A stretch of DNA of 64,000 nucleotides from Plasmodiophora brassicae (taxonomy: Eukaryota): assembly GCA_036867785.1 (NCBI GenBank), contig CP145420.1, forward strand, positions 682,001-746,000. Direction: 5' to 3'. Below, piece by piece: positions 22,470 through 33,594 of the stretch; the stretch's first letter is position 1; each line of letters begins with the position of its first letter. The position numbers and the translations under genes were made by a program. The notes beneath the pieces were generated by a model. It searched no databases. It had not been told where the DNA came from and worked only from the letters and a program-made list of their open reading frames with translations.

Positions 22470-22759
22470 ATTGCTGTTCGGGGTGCTTCTCTCGAGGCGT
22501 TTAGGACAATGACAATCGGACAGGTCGGGCGGGGCTCTCAGTCTCTCACGCAGTCGCCAGTGGCAGCCTCCCAAGGGCTCTCACGCAGTGGCGTTTGGGC
22601 CCTGAACGCGTTTTAGGGGCCCTGAACGCAGCGACAGTCCCCCGTGTCATTGCGACCTAAGTTCCGCCCTTACAAATTACAACCCATCCACGTAGTCCCG
22701 GCCACCTTCAGTGAACTGATTACGCGTCACGCTTTATATCACTCTGAGCCAGTACTGGC

Positions 22760-23937
22760 CTAGACAGCGGCAGTGACGTCGGCACCTGCCGGGGGTTCCT
22801 GACGGGATGACCGCCTTCGAGGCAGACGTAGCTGGCCCACCATATCGTGAAGGTACCCGGGCAACCTCACACCTTCGACGACGGTTCGCGTGCCGGTCCC
22901 ATGCTGGGTCGTGTCCGCCTGTGGGGAATCGATGGCCCATGGGCGTTCCATGAACAGGTTCGGACGGCATACGATCGGGATCCGCTCTTTCGCCGCCGTC
23001 TCTTCCTCGAACTTCTCATAAGGGTCGCGTCGCGGTTGCAAGGACACCACCTGTCGATCCCGTCGTACTGTTGGGTCAACGTTTTCATCTTTGTCCATCA
23101 CGTCCGCGAACATCGCCACATCAGTGATCCTTCTCAGCGTCTGCTTCGTGACCTTCGGATCGTCACCGTCGTTCATCAAAGCGTTCCGCTCCGATCTGTA
23201 CCGGAAGCACATGCCGCTGATGGCGGCGAACAGGATGGTGATGACGAGGCCGGCACCCAGCAAGGTGGTCGTTAGACCCCAGCCGAAGATCGACGCGAAC
23301 GGCGCTCGGCAGGTGGCTGGCCTACAATCGGCCTCGCAGGACTCGTCTGGTTCGCAGACGTGGTCGTTGCAGGTTGGGCTCGGGCACGTCGGCGTCCCGG
23401 CGCAATCCACAGGGCAATCGTCGCACGACTCGGTGCAGATCCTGTCGGCACGATTCATCAGCCGAACGCCCACAGCGTACAATGACAGTACCCGTCGCCA
23501 CAGATCGACCCGATCGTCGGGTCGGCAAGGAACGTGACATGGGCGTGCAGCCAGGAGGCGTCAACGCAGCCGGCTGTGCCCCACAGTGGGCCATGAAAGA
23601 TGACACTGACCGCCGTACCCGAGTACGATTCGCCAGACGGCAAGCGGAACGCGTCCCGAGGTCGGACGGACCATACGCCCACGTTGGATCGGGACGAGTC
23701 GACGACGGCGTTCGTCATCGGGACGATCTGGATGGCGTCGTGGTTCTGATTCTGTAACGCCAGCGTTAGAACGTACCCGCGGGCCACCTGCACGTTCCCG
23801 TTCCGCAGGCGGGGGACGATGCCCCACGTGTAGCCGTCACGAACATCGACTTCCAGATCCACCTGTCCCGTCCAGGTGCCCGCACCACCGCCGGCGACCG
23901 TCGCAACGACAACGGGGACCAGGAGCGCATAGTGCAT
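22760..23937 (-). CDS. Single-pass membrane protein with Cys-rich ectodomain; one intron (~23440-23490)
   Basis: Signal peptide MHYALLVPVVVATVAG; CGDG.C...ESCDDCPVDC / CNDHVCEPDESCEADC repeats; TM LTTTLLGAGLVITILFAAISGMCF. Confidence 0.75.
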
Positions 23938-24123
23938 CGGAACGGTCAGCAGTGGCGTTGCCGCTGTGCCTGGGTCCCCTGCCTGTGGCTGCGCCGCCGC
24001 GCCACCGGGAAATATCTGCCGAATGCAACAATGGCGCATGCAGCCAGCTGCACACGCGTCGTCGTACAATAACTCATGGATGTACGTGTATCATGGGGCG
24101 GTCTGCACTTTCGGTTGGATCCA

Positions 24124-27100
24124 TCAGCCGATGAAAATTCTCTTCTGGGGCGACGCTGTCACCTCGTCGGCGTCGCATCTCTCTTCGACGAGGGCCGCGT
24201 GGTCGTCGCATCTCTCTTCGACGACGGCCGCGTGGTCGTCATCGACAAGGGCGTCGTCGTCGCGCTTGGGCGGCGCGGGGAACACGACGTGGGGTTCGTC
24301 TGCCGGTTTCACGAGGGGCGTCACATCGACTTCGGGCCGATGGTTCGGGTCGCAGTTGGATTCGCGATTGGCACCGCAGACGGCGATGATGGCGTTCTCC
24401 AGGAAGACTTTGACGGTCCTGGCCAGGACCATGGCCTGCTCGGGCGCCAGCTTGTCGTCGCTGGCCATGTTGGGCGACAGGACGATGGCCAGACTCGACG
24501 GGGTCATCATGTTCACCTCGGCCTTGGCGACCACCTTCGCGCAGATGTCCAGCAGGAACCGGGTCGTGCTTCGCCACGGGTCGGGCATCGTCCCGATCAG
24601 TGCCAGCGCTTCCGACGGCGTCACCGACGCCGCTGCGATGTCCGACACCGACAGGATATCAAACAGACGCGATGGAAGTTCTCGCAGCCATTGCTTGGCG
24701 ACATCAGCAATCGCATGAACGTCATTGCAACGTGGCAGGACACCCTACAGGCACAGTCAGCAACCTGAACCCGGACAGCATATTGGCGTGGTCGTACCTT
24801 TTCCAGGAAGGACCGGACGACACCATGTTCGGTGGCGCCGGGTGCGATTCGGAAGATACCAACCGTGTTGTAGGCGTCGTAGAGTTCAAGACCCTTGGCA
24901 ATGATCTGGAGAACGATGGGGACGGGCGACGAGTATCCGGCCGGAATCGAGCTGTCGATCCGGTACAGGTCGACGCCGAACACGGATTGGCGATCGCAGA
25001 TGGGCGCCTCCTCGGTCGGTTCAGGCATGGCAATGAACGATCTCGCCAGGTCAAAGTCCTTCAGCGCAATCACTGAACGAAGGCACAGGTGCGGCGGCGT
25101 CGGCACATGCTGCTTCCGTTCCATAAGACGGTTCTGGTTCGCCACTGTGAACGTCTGCAGGTCGTGAAGGATCTGTCGACACACATGAGCACCGCGGACG
25201 GCACGAAGGCAACGGGTCGTCAACCGACCTCATGCAGGACGTCGACGTTCTTGCCCTGGAGCTTCTCTCGTAGGTTGCTGGAATCCACGCGCATAATGAG
25301 AGCGCAGATGGTCGTCGACTGTCGAACAGCGTCACGAAGCGCAGCGAGGCACTCCAGCGATGCATTATTCCTGTCCAGGAATAGGTTGTTGAGCGTGCAC
25401 CCGGCCGGGCTGTTGATCAGTTTGCCCAGGGCGGTGAACGCCTTGATGCCCATTGAACTGGACGCCACATCCAGCGTCACCAGGCCGGATTCGCCTTCCT
25501 GCGCCTGTGCCAGCTCGTTGCAGAACGCGGTCACGCCCCGATCGCCAAGGCAACCTCGCAGCGAGATGCACGTCAGGAGAGGGCTGTGCCGCACGAAACG
25601 CGCCACCGCCTGCCCGTCCTTCTCACGGCTGCTGATGGAGAACGACGGTTCCGCTCCATCAAACGACACGAACCTCAGCTTCGGAAGGCGTTCCAGGACT
25701 ACAGACCGCGAATTAGAGGTGCATGGATGGAGGCCCGAAACAGAGCGAAGGTGTCACCTTCACATGTCTTGCGCATCGAGGACCCCGAGAGGCCATTATG
25801 ACCCAGGTAGAGGCCTTCGATGTTCATCAGGCCGCCGGCCTGCGTCGTATCGCCGATAACCTTCTGGAGAGACGTCGCGAACCCGTCCTTCAGCCCGTTG
25901 GCGGAGAAATCAATGAGCAGCGGGAATCGGTTCGGGTTCGTGTGCAGCGCCGACAGCAACTTGAACACCTTGTCGGAGGAAAGCGCCGACTTCTGCAGCA
26001 CCAGGTAGCGCATCGTCGACCTGGGCAACGTCTCACACATCGATCAGACGGTGAGGCAGACAGTGCCTTACGTTCGCTTTAGGATGCTGGCGATGGCTTC
26101 GATACCCTTCGCGTTGACGTTGGTGCCCACCAGGACAATGCTCTCCAGGGCGTCGACCAGAGAGCGGTCCTCGTGCGCCAACGCCTCCAGTAGGACGTGG
26201 GCGTGGTCCACGCCCAGCGAGAAGGACACCTGGCGCAGGGACAGCGATTTCCGGAGCCCTTTCGCCATATCGTCCGCTGTGGTTCGCGACAACGTAATCC
26301 CGCTGATGTCCAAGCGGCGCAGCGGTACCGATGTCAGCATTGCGGCCAGCGCCACTGCCGACCTCGTGCCACAGCCGGTCTGACCTGCACCTTCGCGGTT
26401 AGAACGACGATGCCCGGCGGCGGACAGAGAGACGCACCGATCTTCAACGTTTCGAGGCGCTTGTGCGACTGCGAAATGACGTCCAGCATGGTCGACATGT
26501 CCTTGTCGCCGATCGGGTTGTCGGTCAGGATCAGGGTTCGGAGGATCGACGACGTGCAGCCGGCGAATGTGTACAGAATATGGCCGAAACTGCTGGCATC
26601 AATGCCGCATTCGTTCAGTTCGAGGGATTCGATCAGCGCCGGGTGGGCGATCTTGGATATCGCGGCGACTTGCGTATCGGAGAGCGCCACCCTGGACGCG
26701 TACACGGCCCGGAACAGCGACCCAGCGCTGTGGCTTAAGGCGTACAGAACGGCGAGCAACCTGTGCTCGTATTCCTTCGCGTCCAGCGTCCATGCCGCGG
26801 TCGCCCCGCCCAAACATTCGACCAGGTCCAGAGTCTCCAGGCCATCCACCAGCCGAGGGAACCCATTCCTCATCAACGTCAGGAAGCTCTCTAAACGCCT
26901 CCATCAGGTGACCGCACAGCAAGACCGAAACCCGAACAAGAAACGTACCGTTTGCTGGTGTTTGCAGCAACTCACAGGCCACGATATGGATGGCCTCCAC
27001 TCGCTCCCGCTCCGTGAATCGGGTCGTCTCCAGCTGCCAGAAGTCGGGCGCGATGCACTTGACCTTGCACTGTGGCCGGTAGATGGAAGCGGCACAGTGG

Positions 27101-27689
27101 ACCGCGCTGACGAACTTCTCCATGACGTTCGGCGCGCCAGCCACCATCACGAACTGGCGCGGCATGTTGACGGTCTCCGGTTGAAACAGGGACGTGGTCT
27201 CCTCCAGGAACCGGAAGCACAGAACGGCACGGTACCCGTACTGTGCATCCGATTCCACCTCGATCGACATCAGGTTCACCAACGACAGGGCATCCTTGGC
27301 CGACGCAAGCATAATCTGGGCAGAGCGTCAGCGCGCGCTCGTTGCCGAATACGCGACACGCCGTGGACGTACTCGCATGTCATTGACGAGCACCAGGCTG
27401 TTGTTCTGCATGTCCTTGGACGACACGTTGCACAGGTTGGCGTGCGTGATCGTCCCGAGCCGAATGGCAACGCGCGCCGAGAACCGCAGCGAATGCATCG
27501 CCGATTCGACGCGCGTGGGTCGCCCTCGCCTCTTCGTGTACGACATGAGCACTTTGGCAGCCAGAGCGGCATCCTACGTGCATCGGCCGCGCGCCAATCT
27601 GTCAGAACCGAACCCGGGCCCTACTCGTTCCTCAGCCGTACCTCTCCGGTCAGGTCCGGGCGCCGCGTCGAGTTCGGCGCCACCATCAT
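24124..27689 (-). CDS. LRR (RI/CARMIL-like) + RhoGAP protein, multi-exon
   Basis: LRRs (LRTLILTDNPIGDKD, LESLELNECGI, LVTLDVASSSMG); RhoGAP VFGVDL...VPIVLQ...GIFRIAPG (arginine finger), KQWLRELP, NMMTPSSLAIVLSPN. Confidence 0.87.
24168..24240 (-). repeat. 33-bp coding tandem duplication (DDHAAVVEERC / DDHAALVEERC)
   Basis: cgtcgcatctctcttcgacga(g/c)ggccgcgtggt repeated twice. Confidence 0.8.
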
Positions 27690-27964
27690 CGCACCGGCTG
27701 GCAGGACGACGCGCTGTGCCACAGCGACAACAGCACGACGGTCTGGGCAGAAACGCGATTGGGACAGACGCGACGCGTCAATCCTGAATGCCCACTGCTC
27801 GGCGCCATCTAATTCGGGCAACACGGGCGCGCAGCCCTCACGGAATCTATTTCCAGCGATCGGGCACACCCGCAATTAGGTCGAACGAGACCCCCCTGCA
27901 ATCGTGCTACAGTAGCCACGAATGGTAACTGATTTGGGGAACGAACGAACGAACGACGGGGCCT

Positions 27965-29323
27965 TCATTGGGTGACGGGAGACAGCGGTTCAGGCTGGCG
28001 CTGGACGCGGTGATGGCGCACCCGTCGGGACCGGTGCGATTCGTGGTTGGACGTGGCGATATCGTAGGCGACGAAGGCGGCCAGGGCGGCGACGATGACG
28101 CCGATGACGATCGTCAGTTCGGCGTAGTCGAGGGGCGGTGAGGGCGGCGCCGTTTGCGCCACGATGCTCTTGACGTGGTCGGCGACCGGCACAAGGACCT
28201 CGAACAGGTGGGCAGCGGCACGGTCGGCCATGCGTTTGGCGACCACGACGCCTTGCGTCCTGATCAGTGCCCCGCCTTTGTTCACGACCTGGCTGGCGAA
28301 CGTGTCGATCTGCCGCTGCTCGATGTGGTACGCGAACAGCAAGCATACGCCAAACACAAGGATGGCGATGAGTGGCATCGAGCGGCTGTACGACCCATCA
28401 CCTGGAACAGCACCAGGCGTCTCCAGCGACATCTTTGCGTTGTCAGTAAAGCGGCGACGTTGATTCACTGACAAGATAGACACCTTTTGTGGGTCAGCGC
28501 CGGCGTCGGTGATGGCGCCAGGGTTGACGACGCCTTTCGGGTCTTCCAGGACGACGACGAGGCTTTGGACAAAGGTGAAGTTCAGCATTTCGTTGCCGTT
28601 GACGATGTCGTCGGCGGTGAGGATCGGCTTCAACCCGATGGACTTGGCGGCGAACAGGACAACGGAGGCGCGGGACAGGCGACGCTCACGCGTACCGTCG
28701 TCCGGGTCGGCAACGGTCGTCGCCGGACAGCATCCGGACAGCAGCGACAGGTACGCCTTGCTGTCGGATAGGTCGTCGCCCAGGTTCGTGATCGTCGCCT
28801 GCGACGCTAGGCGCTTGTTGACCCATTCCATGACCAGGCGCTTGTGGTCCTGATTGGAGATGGCGGCACCGCCGCCGTCTTCACCTTCGTCGCCGGCCGT
28901 CAGTCGGTGCATGGTTCGCGACCGCATCTGCACGTGCACGATCTGCCAGAGCAGGCCGAGAACGAGCGATGGATGATGGCACGAGTCGACGAGGTCGTTC
29001 TCGTCGACGTTGATGACGACGGCAGTGCTTCGGACGGCGTCGAGGTACACGCGCTGGTTCTCGCCCATCTCGAATCGGTTCGTCGGGTGGGCATTGACGC
29101 GAGCAGACGGGATCGACCCAGGGAACACGTGCTCCAGGAACCGGCAGTGCACGACGCCATCGGCGAGGCGTCGCAGGAGGTCCACCGGATCGTCGTCTTT
29201 CCACCCGTCAAGGCGATGCTCGTCGGGAAGCTCGGCGAGAAGGTGCCGGCCGATGCCCTTGATCTCGGCCGCCATGGTGGACGATAGGCGAACGTCGCCG
29301 TCGGTCTGCACGATCGCGTCCAT
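27965..29323 (-). CDS. Fimbrin/plastin-type CH-CH actin-binding domain with two C-terminal TM helices
   Basis: LADGVVHCRFLEHVFPGSI...NRFEMGEN...LVLGLLWQIV (CH1); LVMEWVNKRL...TNLGDDLSDSKAYLSLL...LTADDIVNGNEMLNFTFV (CH2); two hydrophobic helices. Confidence 0.82.
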   Translation of the reverse strand: MDAIVQTDGDVRLSSTMAAEIKGIGRHLLAELPDEHRLDGWKDDDPVDLLRRLADGVVHCRFLEHVFPGSIPSARVNAHPTNRFEMGENQRVYLDAVRSTAVVINVDENDLVDSCHHPSLVLGLLWQIVHVQMRSRTMHRLTAGDEGEDGGGAAISNQDHKRLVMEWVNKRLASQATITNLGDDLSDSKAYLSLLSGCCPATTVADPDDGTRERRLSRASVVLFAAKSIGLKPILTADDIVNGNEMLNFTFVQSLVVVLEDPKGVVNPGAITDAGADPQKVSILSVNQRRRFTDNAKMSLETPGAVPGDGSYSRSMPLIAILVFGVCLLFAYHIEQRQIDTFASQVVNKGGALIRTQGVVVAKRMADRAAAHLFEVLVPVADHVKSIVAQTAPPSPPLDYAELTIVIGVIVAALAAFVAYDIATSNHESHRSRRVRHHRVQRQPEPLSPVTQ

Positions 29324-29525
29324 GGCTATTGGTCGAGTGTCGCTGGGACGCGCGTGCAATTGGTGTGTCACGCCATGGGCACCTGGGACAAGGCCCAACT
29401 GCCTGAAGTGTATGATCACAGATGATGCGGTTCGAGGTTGGACGCGGGCGCCGCCTGAGGCACGAGCGTCTTTGGGCTGCTGTGCGGAAGAGGGGCTGGA
29501 CCGCTGAGTGCACGTTGGCGCGTGT

Positions 29526-31190
29526 TCATTCTGCCGCGTCGACGCTCCTGCAGATACGTTCATGGCGAATCTGAAACGCGCGTCAGGATACTTACACCGG
29601 CCTGCAGGTAGCGAAGCTTGTCCCGGTCGGTGCCCGGCTTAACGTCCTTGTCGATGGGCTGTGGATGGGTACTGCCCTCCTTAACGGCAACAAACGTGAA
29701 GTATCCCTGAGAGGCCGGGCCGATGTCAGATTGATGCTGGAGCGAAGCTTAGCTAGCTGCTGACCGAGTTCGTGTGCTCGCCGGCATCCGTTTCCGACCC
29801 GAAGGTCGGCAAATGCTTCAGCTCGACAACCTCGACTCGGACACCGACCTTGATATTTGCATAGGAATAAGACCCAGCGTAGTGACAGCCTGGCACACGC
29901 AGCTCACCTCCATTGACGTACGGAACACGCGATTGACCTGGGCGCGAACGATGACACACGATCCAACGGGAACCTGACTATTGCTAAACGAGCAGCTGCA
30001 GCGGTATGGCGAAGGGCAACACGCTATACCTGGGAGACGAATTTCATCTTGTCGAGTCCTACGGTAAGGATGGCCGACCTGCACAGGCGCAGCGCGGCGA
30101 TCTGTGCGGCCTGCTCCATCCACTGGAGAATCGTCCCACCAAAGGCGATACCGAGAGGGTTGGCGTGCGCCGGCATGACCGCCTTCGTCATCGACAGCTT
30201 CGTATCTTCGACCGGGACCTCGACCAGGCCGGGCGGAAGTGCTGTCAGCGTTTCCAGATGCGCGGTCCACATCTTTGGCACATCGATTACCCGGGCTTTG
30301 ACTCGTTCCTTGAACGCCCGGTTGCGTTGTTGTGCGGCTTTGTAAGCGGCACGCTGTACGTCATATTCAGGAACTCATTGCCGTACTGGGACGATCGTTG
30401 ACGCGTACCTCCTCGGGCGTTTCAGGTTCAAGCGCCGGAACGGGTCGCGGTCTTCGCTTCTTACTCAAAGCGACAAACTTCAGAAGGGCTCGACAGCAGA
30501 AGTCGCGCTGCCCCGTTAGCGGGTGCTCGACGTAGACGACCACCTCGATTTCCATGCTGCACCGAGCGAGGCGTCAAGCACGGTACCAACTAAACGCCCG
30601 CAGACGAGACGCACCTCGACGAAAATGCAGCGGTCACCTTGGCTGTAAGGATGATGATGTCGCTGACTCTAGCCGGCGTCCTTTCAAGACACGCGTCAGC
30701 TGGCGACACCCAGCACCCAGCGTTCGTACCGGAAATGGATTTCGTCCATGGACACGGTGACAACGCTCCCCTAGCCCGCAATTGATCCTACATTGCCAAA
30801 CGCCCACGAGCCATGCATCCTTACTTCCGAATGTCGAATCGCGCAGATGCCCGCGATCTTATCAACCTGACAGCCGCTTCGTCAGCAGCCGATGACCGAA
30901 GCATTGGCCTACCCGTACCATTGCCAGCAGCTCCCCGCCATAGCAAATGTTGAACATCGTACACTGACTGGGCGTCAGAGTTTCCAGTCCCTCGACGATG
31001 GAATCCTCCGGCACCTTGACCTTCGCTGCCACACAGATCTTTAGGTCCATTTCATCATGCAGCCCGGCCGCTGGGCGGTCCTACGTTTGCCATTCTTGTT
31101 CCGACTGAGATAGTATCGCAGGGCGGCGGCACCACCGGCAACAGCAATGCATGCTCCAGCGCCAGCGGCCATGATCCGTTCCGGCCCCAT
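29526..31190 (-). CDS. Acyl-CoA thioesterase, double hot-dog (ACOT7/11/12-like), multi-exon
   Basis: NICYGGELL, AFSSSMEIEVVV, VMPAHANPLGIAFGGTILQWME, VNRVFRTSMEV, YFTFVAV. Confidence 0.88.
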
Positions 31191-31220
31191 TGTGCAAGGC
31201 ACACTGCGTACGAACGCCGT

Positions 31221-31294
31221 CCGCACGATCACCTAACTGGGCCGCACGATCACCTAACTGGGCCGCACGATGACCTAACTGGGCCGCACGATCA
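31221..31294. repeat. 21-bp minisatellite (CCGCACGATCACCTAACTGGG) x3.5
   Basis: Direct head-to-tail copies with one substitution, ~30 bp upstream of the thioesterase start. Confidence 0.92.
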
Positions 31295-31951
31295 ACTGGT
31301 CAACCGCCAGCAAGCACGGCCGAAGCAAGTCCTGCGAGTGCTACCATTTACCGACTGACAGTGACAGGAATAGACTCCACTGTATGCCGAAGTGTTACTA
31401 CTGAGACTGTGGGGGAGGTTTTCATATACGAGTCGCGATGGGCACCATTCGCGAAACTACATATAGCTCAACAAAACCTACCTACATGGTTTGAGTGTAT
31501 ACGAAAGTTCGAGGAGTTACATTGTGATCAAGACTGCAATTCACCACGCGGAACAGTATTCTGCACTGACTGCCCGTGGTGTATATTCCAATGTGGTCAT
31601 TGAGCTAAATAACTCGATGTAGGGAACAGACGCGGTCAACGGGACGAGTCCGCTCCCTGTTGGATGGCGTCACGATCCAGGCCCTGCCACCGGCGATCTC
31701 CCTGCAGGATGTCGACCGTGGATGGCAGAGCATCTCTTGCGAGCGCTCCGAAAGGGAGAGCTGCCCGATCAGCGACGCTTGCACGGTGATAACGCCCGAC
31801 TCCGGCCGTCGAAAAGTTCCCGTCGATGAAGAACTTAAGGCAGCCGACGTTCCCCGTTCGCTCCACGCCGAGCCAAACGAATGCTGACGCCAATGCTGCA
31901 GCCTGGGACTGACAGGACTTGCGCAGGGCGCAGGGCTTGTCACCACGCTGC

Positions 31952-32062
31952 CCGGCGACGGCGACTTTCTGGATGTAGATGCGCCGGGCGGCCCTGGGAC
32001 TCGGCGATCAGGACCTGGTCGAAGATGACGCTCGACCCGGCGCCCGTCATCGGGATGGTCAC
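31952..32062 (-). pseudogene. Frameshifted fragment paralogous to the GPI-anchored protein gene (21261-21385)
   Basis: Reverse complement gtgaccatcccgatgacgggcgccgggtcgagcgtcatcttcgaccaggtcctgatcgccgagtcccagggc...catctacatccagaaagt aligns to 21261-21385 with a net 14-nt deletion. Confidence 0.8.
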
Positions 32063-32711
32063 CGACGCCATCCAACGGGCGTTACTTGCAGACCAATGGC
32101 GAAGCAGCGCGATATCGTCAGATTACACTGATCTGCAATGTCGGTTTCATGCCGCAGGTAGGTTCCCGGCTTGGCTCGCCGCCATACAAACATCGTCTCA
32201 TGCGATAGCGGCCATTCAATAGGCACGCTCCGGCAACGTACAAGCTGTCAAACAGGCACCGTTAATGCATCAACGCTTGCACTTCGCCATCCGTTCTCGT
32301 CATTGACGGGTATACAGAGTCAAACTTGACGCCATCGCAGGGTAAACTCCACTGTGGCAACGACTGCCACGACGGCCAGCCTAAAAGTGTCGTTCGTCAG
32401 GTGGGCAGGAGTGGAGCGCAGCCTAGATTGGGCCCAGCGCAATCGGGATCGGGGACGAAGAACGCGTGCCCGGTGTCGTCGCCAACATCGATTGCTGAAA
32501 GCCTCCTCTACCTGTTTGACGAAACGCGACATCGCGCGGCCTCAGACTCTGTTCGCGATCTTACATGTTTACGGTCGTACCATCGTTTCAGCATTGTCAG
32601 TAGGATCCAGGAAACGAACCAGAGGGAGACGACTTGGCGAACAAGGTTCAGGGTGCGTACCGCGCTCCCCGCGGGAACTGTGTCAGTCGCATCGGACGCC
32701 GTGTCGCACCA

Positions 32712-33491
32712 ATGCTGGCTGGACGGATTGTGTCCAGACGTCGCCCGTTCTGCTCACTGGTGCGATTGAACAAGGCGCTGGCCTCGAAAGGGATCTGCTC
32801 GCGTCGTGAAGCCGACGACTATATTCGGTCCGGGAAGGTGCGCGTCGACGGCGTCGTTGTCGATCAGCTGGGCAGCAAGGTCCGGCCCGCGCAGCGGATC
32901 GACCTCGACCAAGGAGAGGTGAACGCGAGGCGCGACCTCGTTACTGTCCTGTTCCACAAACCTGTTGGTATCGTCAGCAGTCAAGCGGAACCGGGCGAAC
33001 GCCCTGCTCGAAGCTGTAAGCGCCGCTTTGAATCCCATAACAGCTTGCTGACCGTAGACCATCTCGCAGTCATCGAGTTGGATGCTGAACTGGCCGTCTG
33101 CGGCCGCCTGGATAAGATGTCGCATGGACTGCTGGTGATGACTGAGGATGGCGCTTTGGCACGACGGCTGATCGGCGGCAGAGACCTGATCGAGAAGGAG
33201 TACAACGTCGAATACGAAGGCGACGAACTCAATCACTTGCAGCTGGACCTGTTGCGCAACGGTTCCATGATTATCGAAGGCGTCCAGATCCGACGTTGCG
33301 TTGTGGATGTCGTTGGCGATCATCGCCTGCAGATGATCCTCGTCGAGGGACGCAACCAGCAGATTCGTCGCATGTTGCGCATCGTCGGTGCCCATGTCAC
33401 AAGCCTCTGCCGTACTAGGATCGGCAACGTTCACCTTGGCGACCTCCAGCCTGGCCAGTGGCGCTTGATGCAACCTGGTGACGTCTTCTAA
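32712..33491 (+). CDS. RsuA/RluB/RluF-family pseudouridine synthase with S4 domain (possible in-frame intron near 33016)
   Basis: VRLNKALASKGICSRREADDYIRSGKVRVDG (S4), HKPVGIVSS, GRLDKMSHGLLVMTEDG (catalytic Asp), EGRNQQIRRM. Confidence 0.92.
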   Translation: MLAGRIVSRRRPFCSLVRLNKALASKGICSRREADDYIRSGKVRVDGVVVDQLGSKVRPAQRIDLDQGEVNARRDLVTVLFHKPVGIVSSQAEPGERPARSCKRRFESHNSLLTVDHLAVIELDAELAVCGRLDKMSHGLLVMTEDGALARRLIGGRDLIEKEYNVEYEGDELNHLQLDLLRNGSMIIEGVQIRRCVVDVVGDHRLQMILVEGRNQQIRRMLRIVGAHVTSLCRTRIGNVHLGDLQPGQWRLMQPGDVF

Positions 33492-33594
33492 TAGCAAATT
33501 AAGTTAACACGGCTTTCAGCAACGCTTAACGGGATATGGGTTACGACGCTGGGAATGCTGTATTCGATACGGCGGCGCGATGAATGCAGGTAGT

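Noticed and set aside
22611-22618. TTTTAGGG telomere-like unit
   Set aside because: Single copy, compatible with chance
26197-27879. 560-aa plus-strand ORF
   Set aside because: Antisense to the LRR-RhoGAP exons, with no motifs; long shadow ORFs are expected at this GC content
29324-29563. N-terminal extension of the CH-domain ORF
   Set aside because: Overlaps the last exon and 3' region of the thioesterase; the ATG at 29323 is the more plausible start
31221-31294. CRISPR-like repeat
   Set aside because: Head-to-tail repeats with no spacers, in a eukaryotic context with no cas genes
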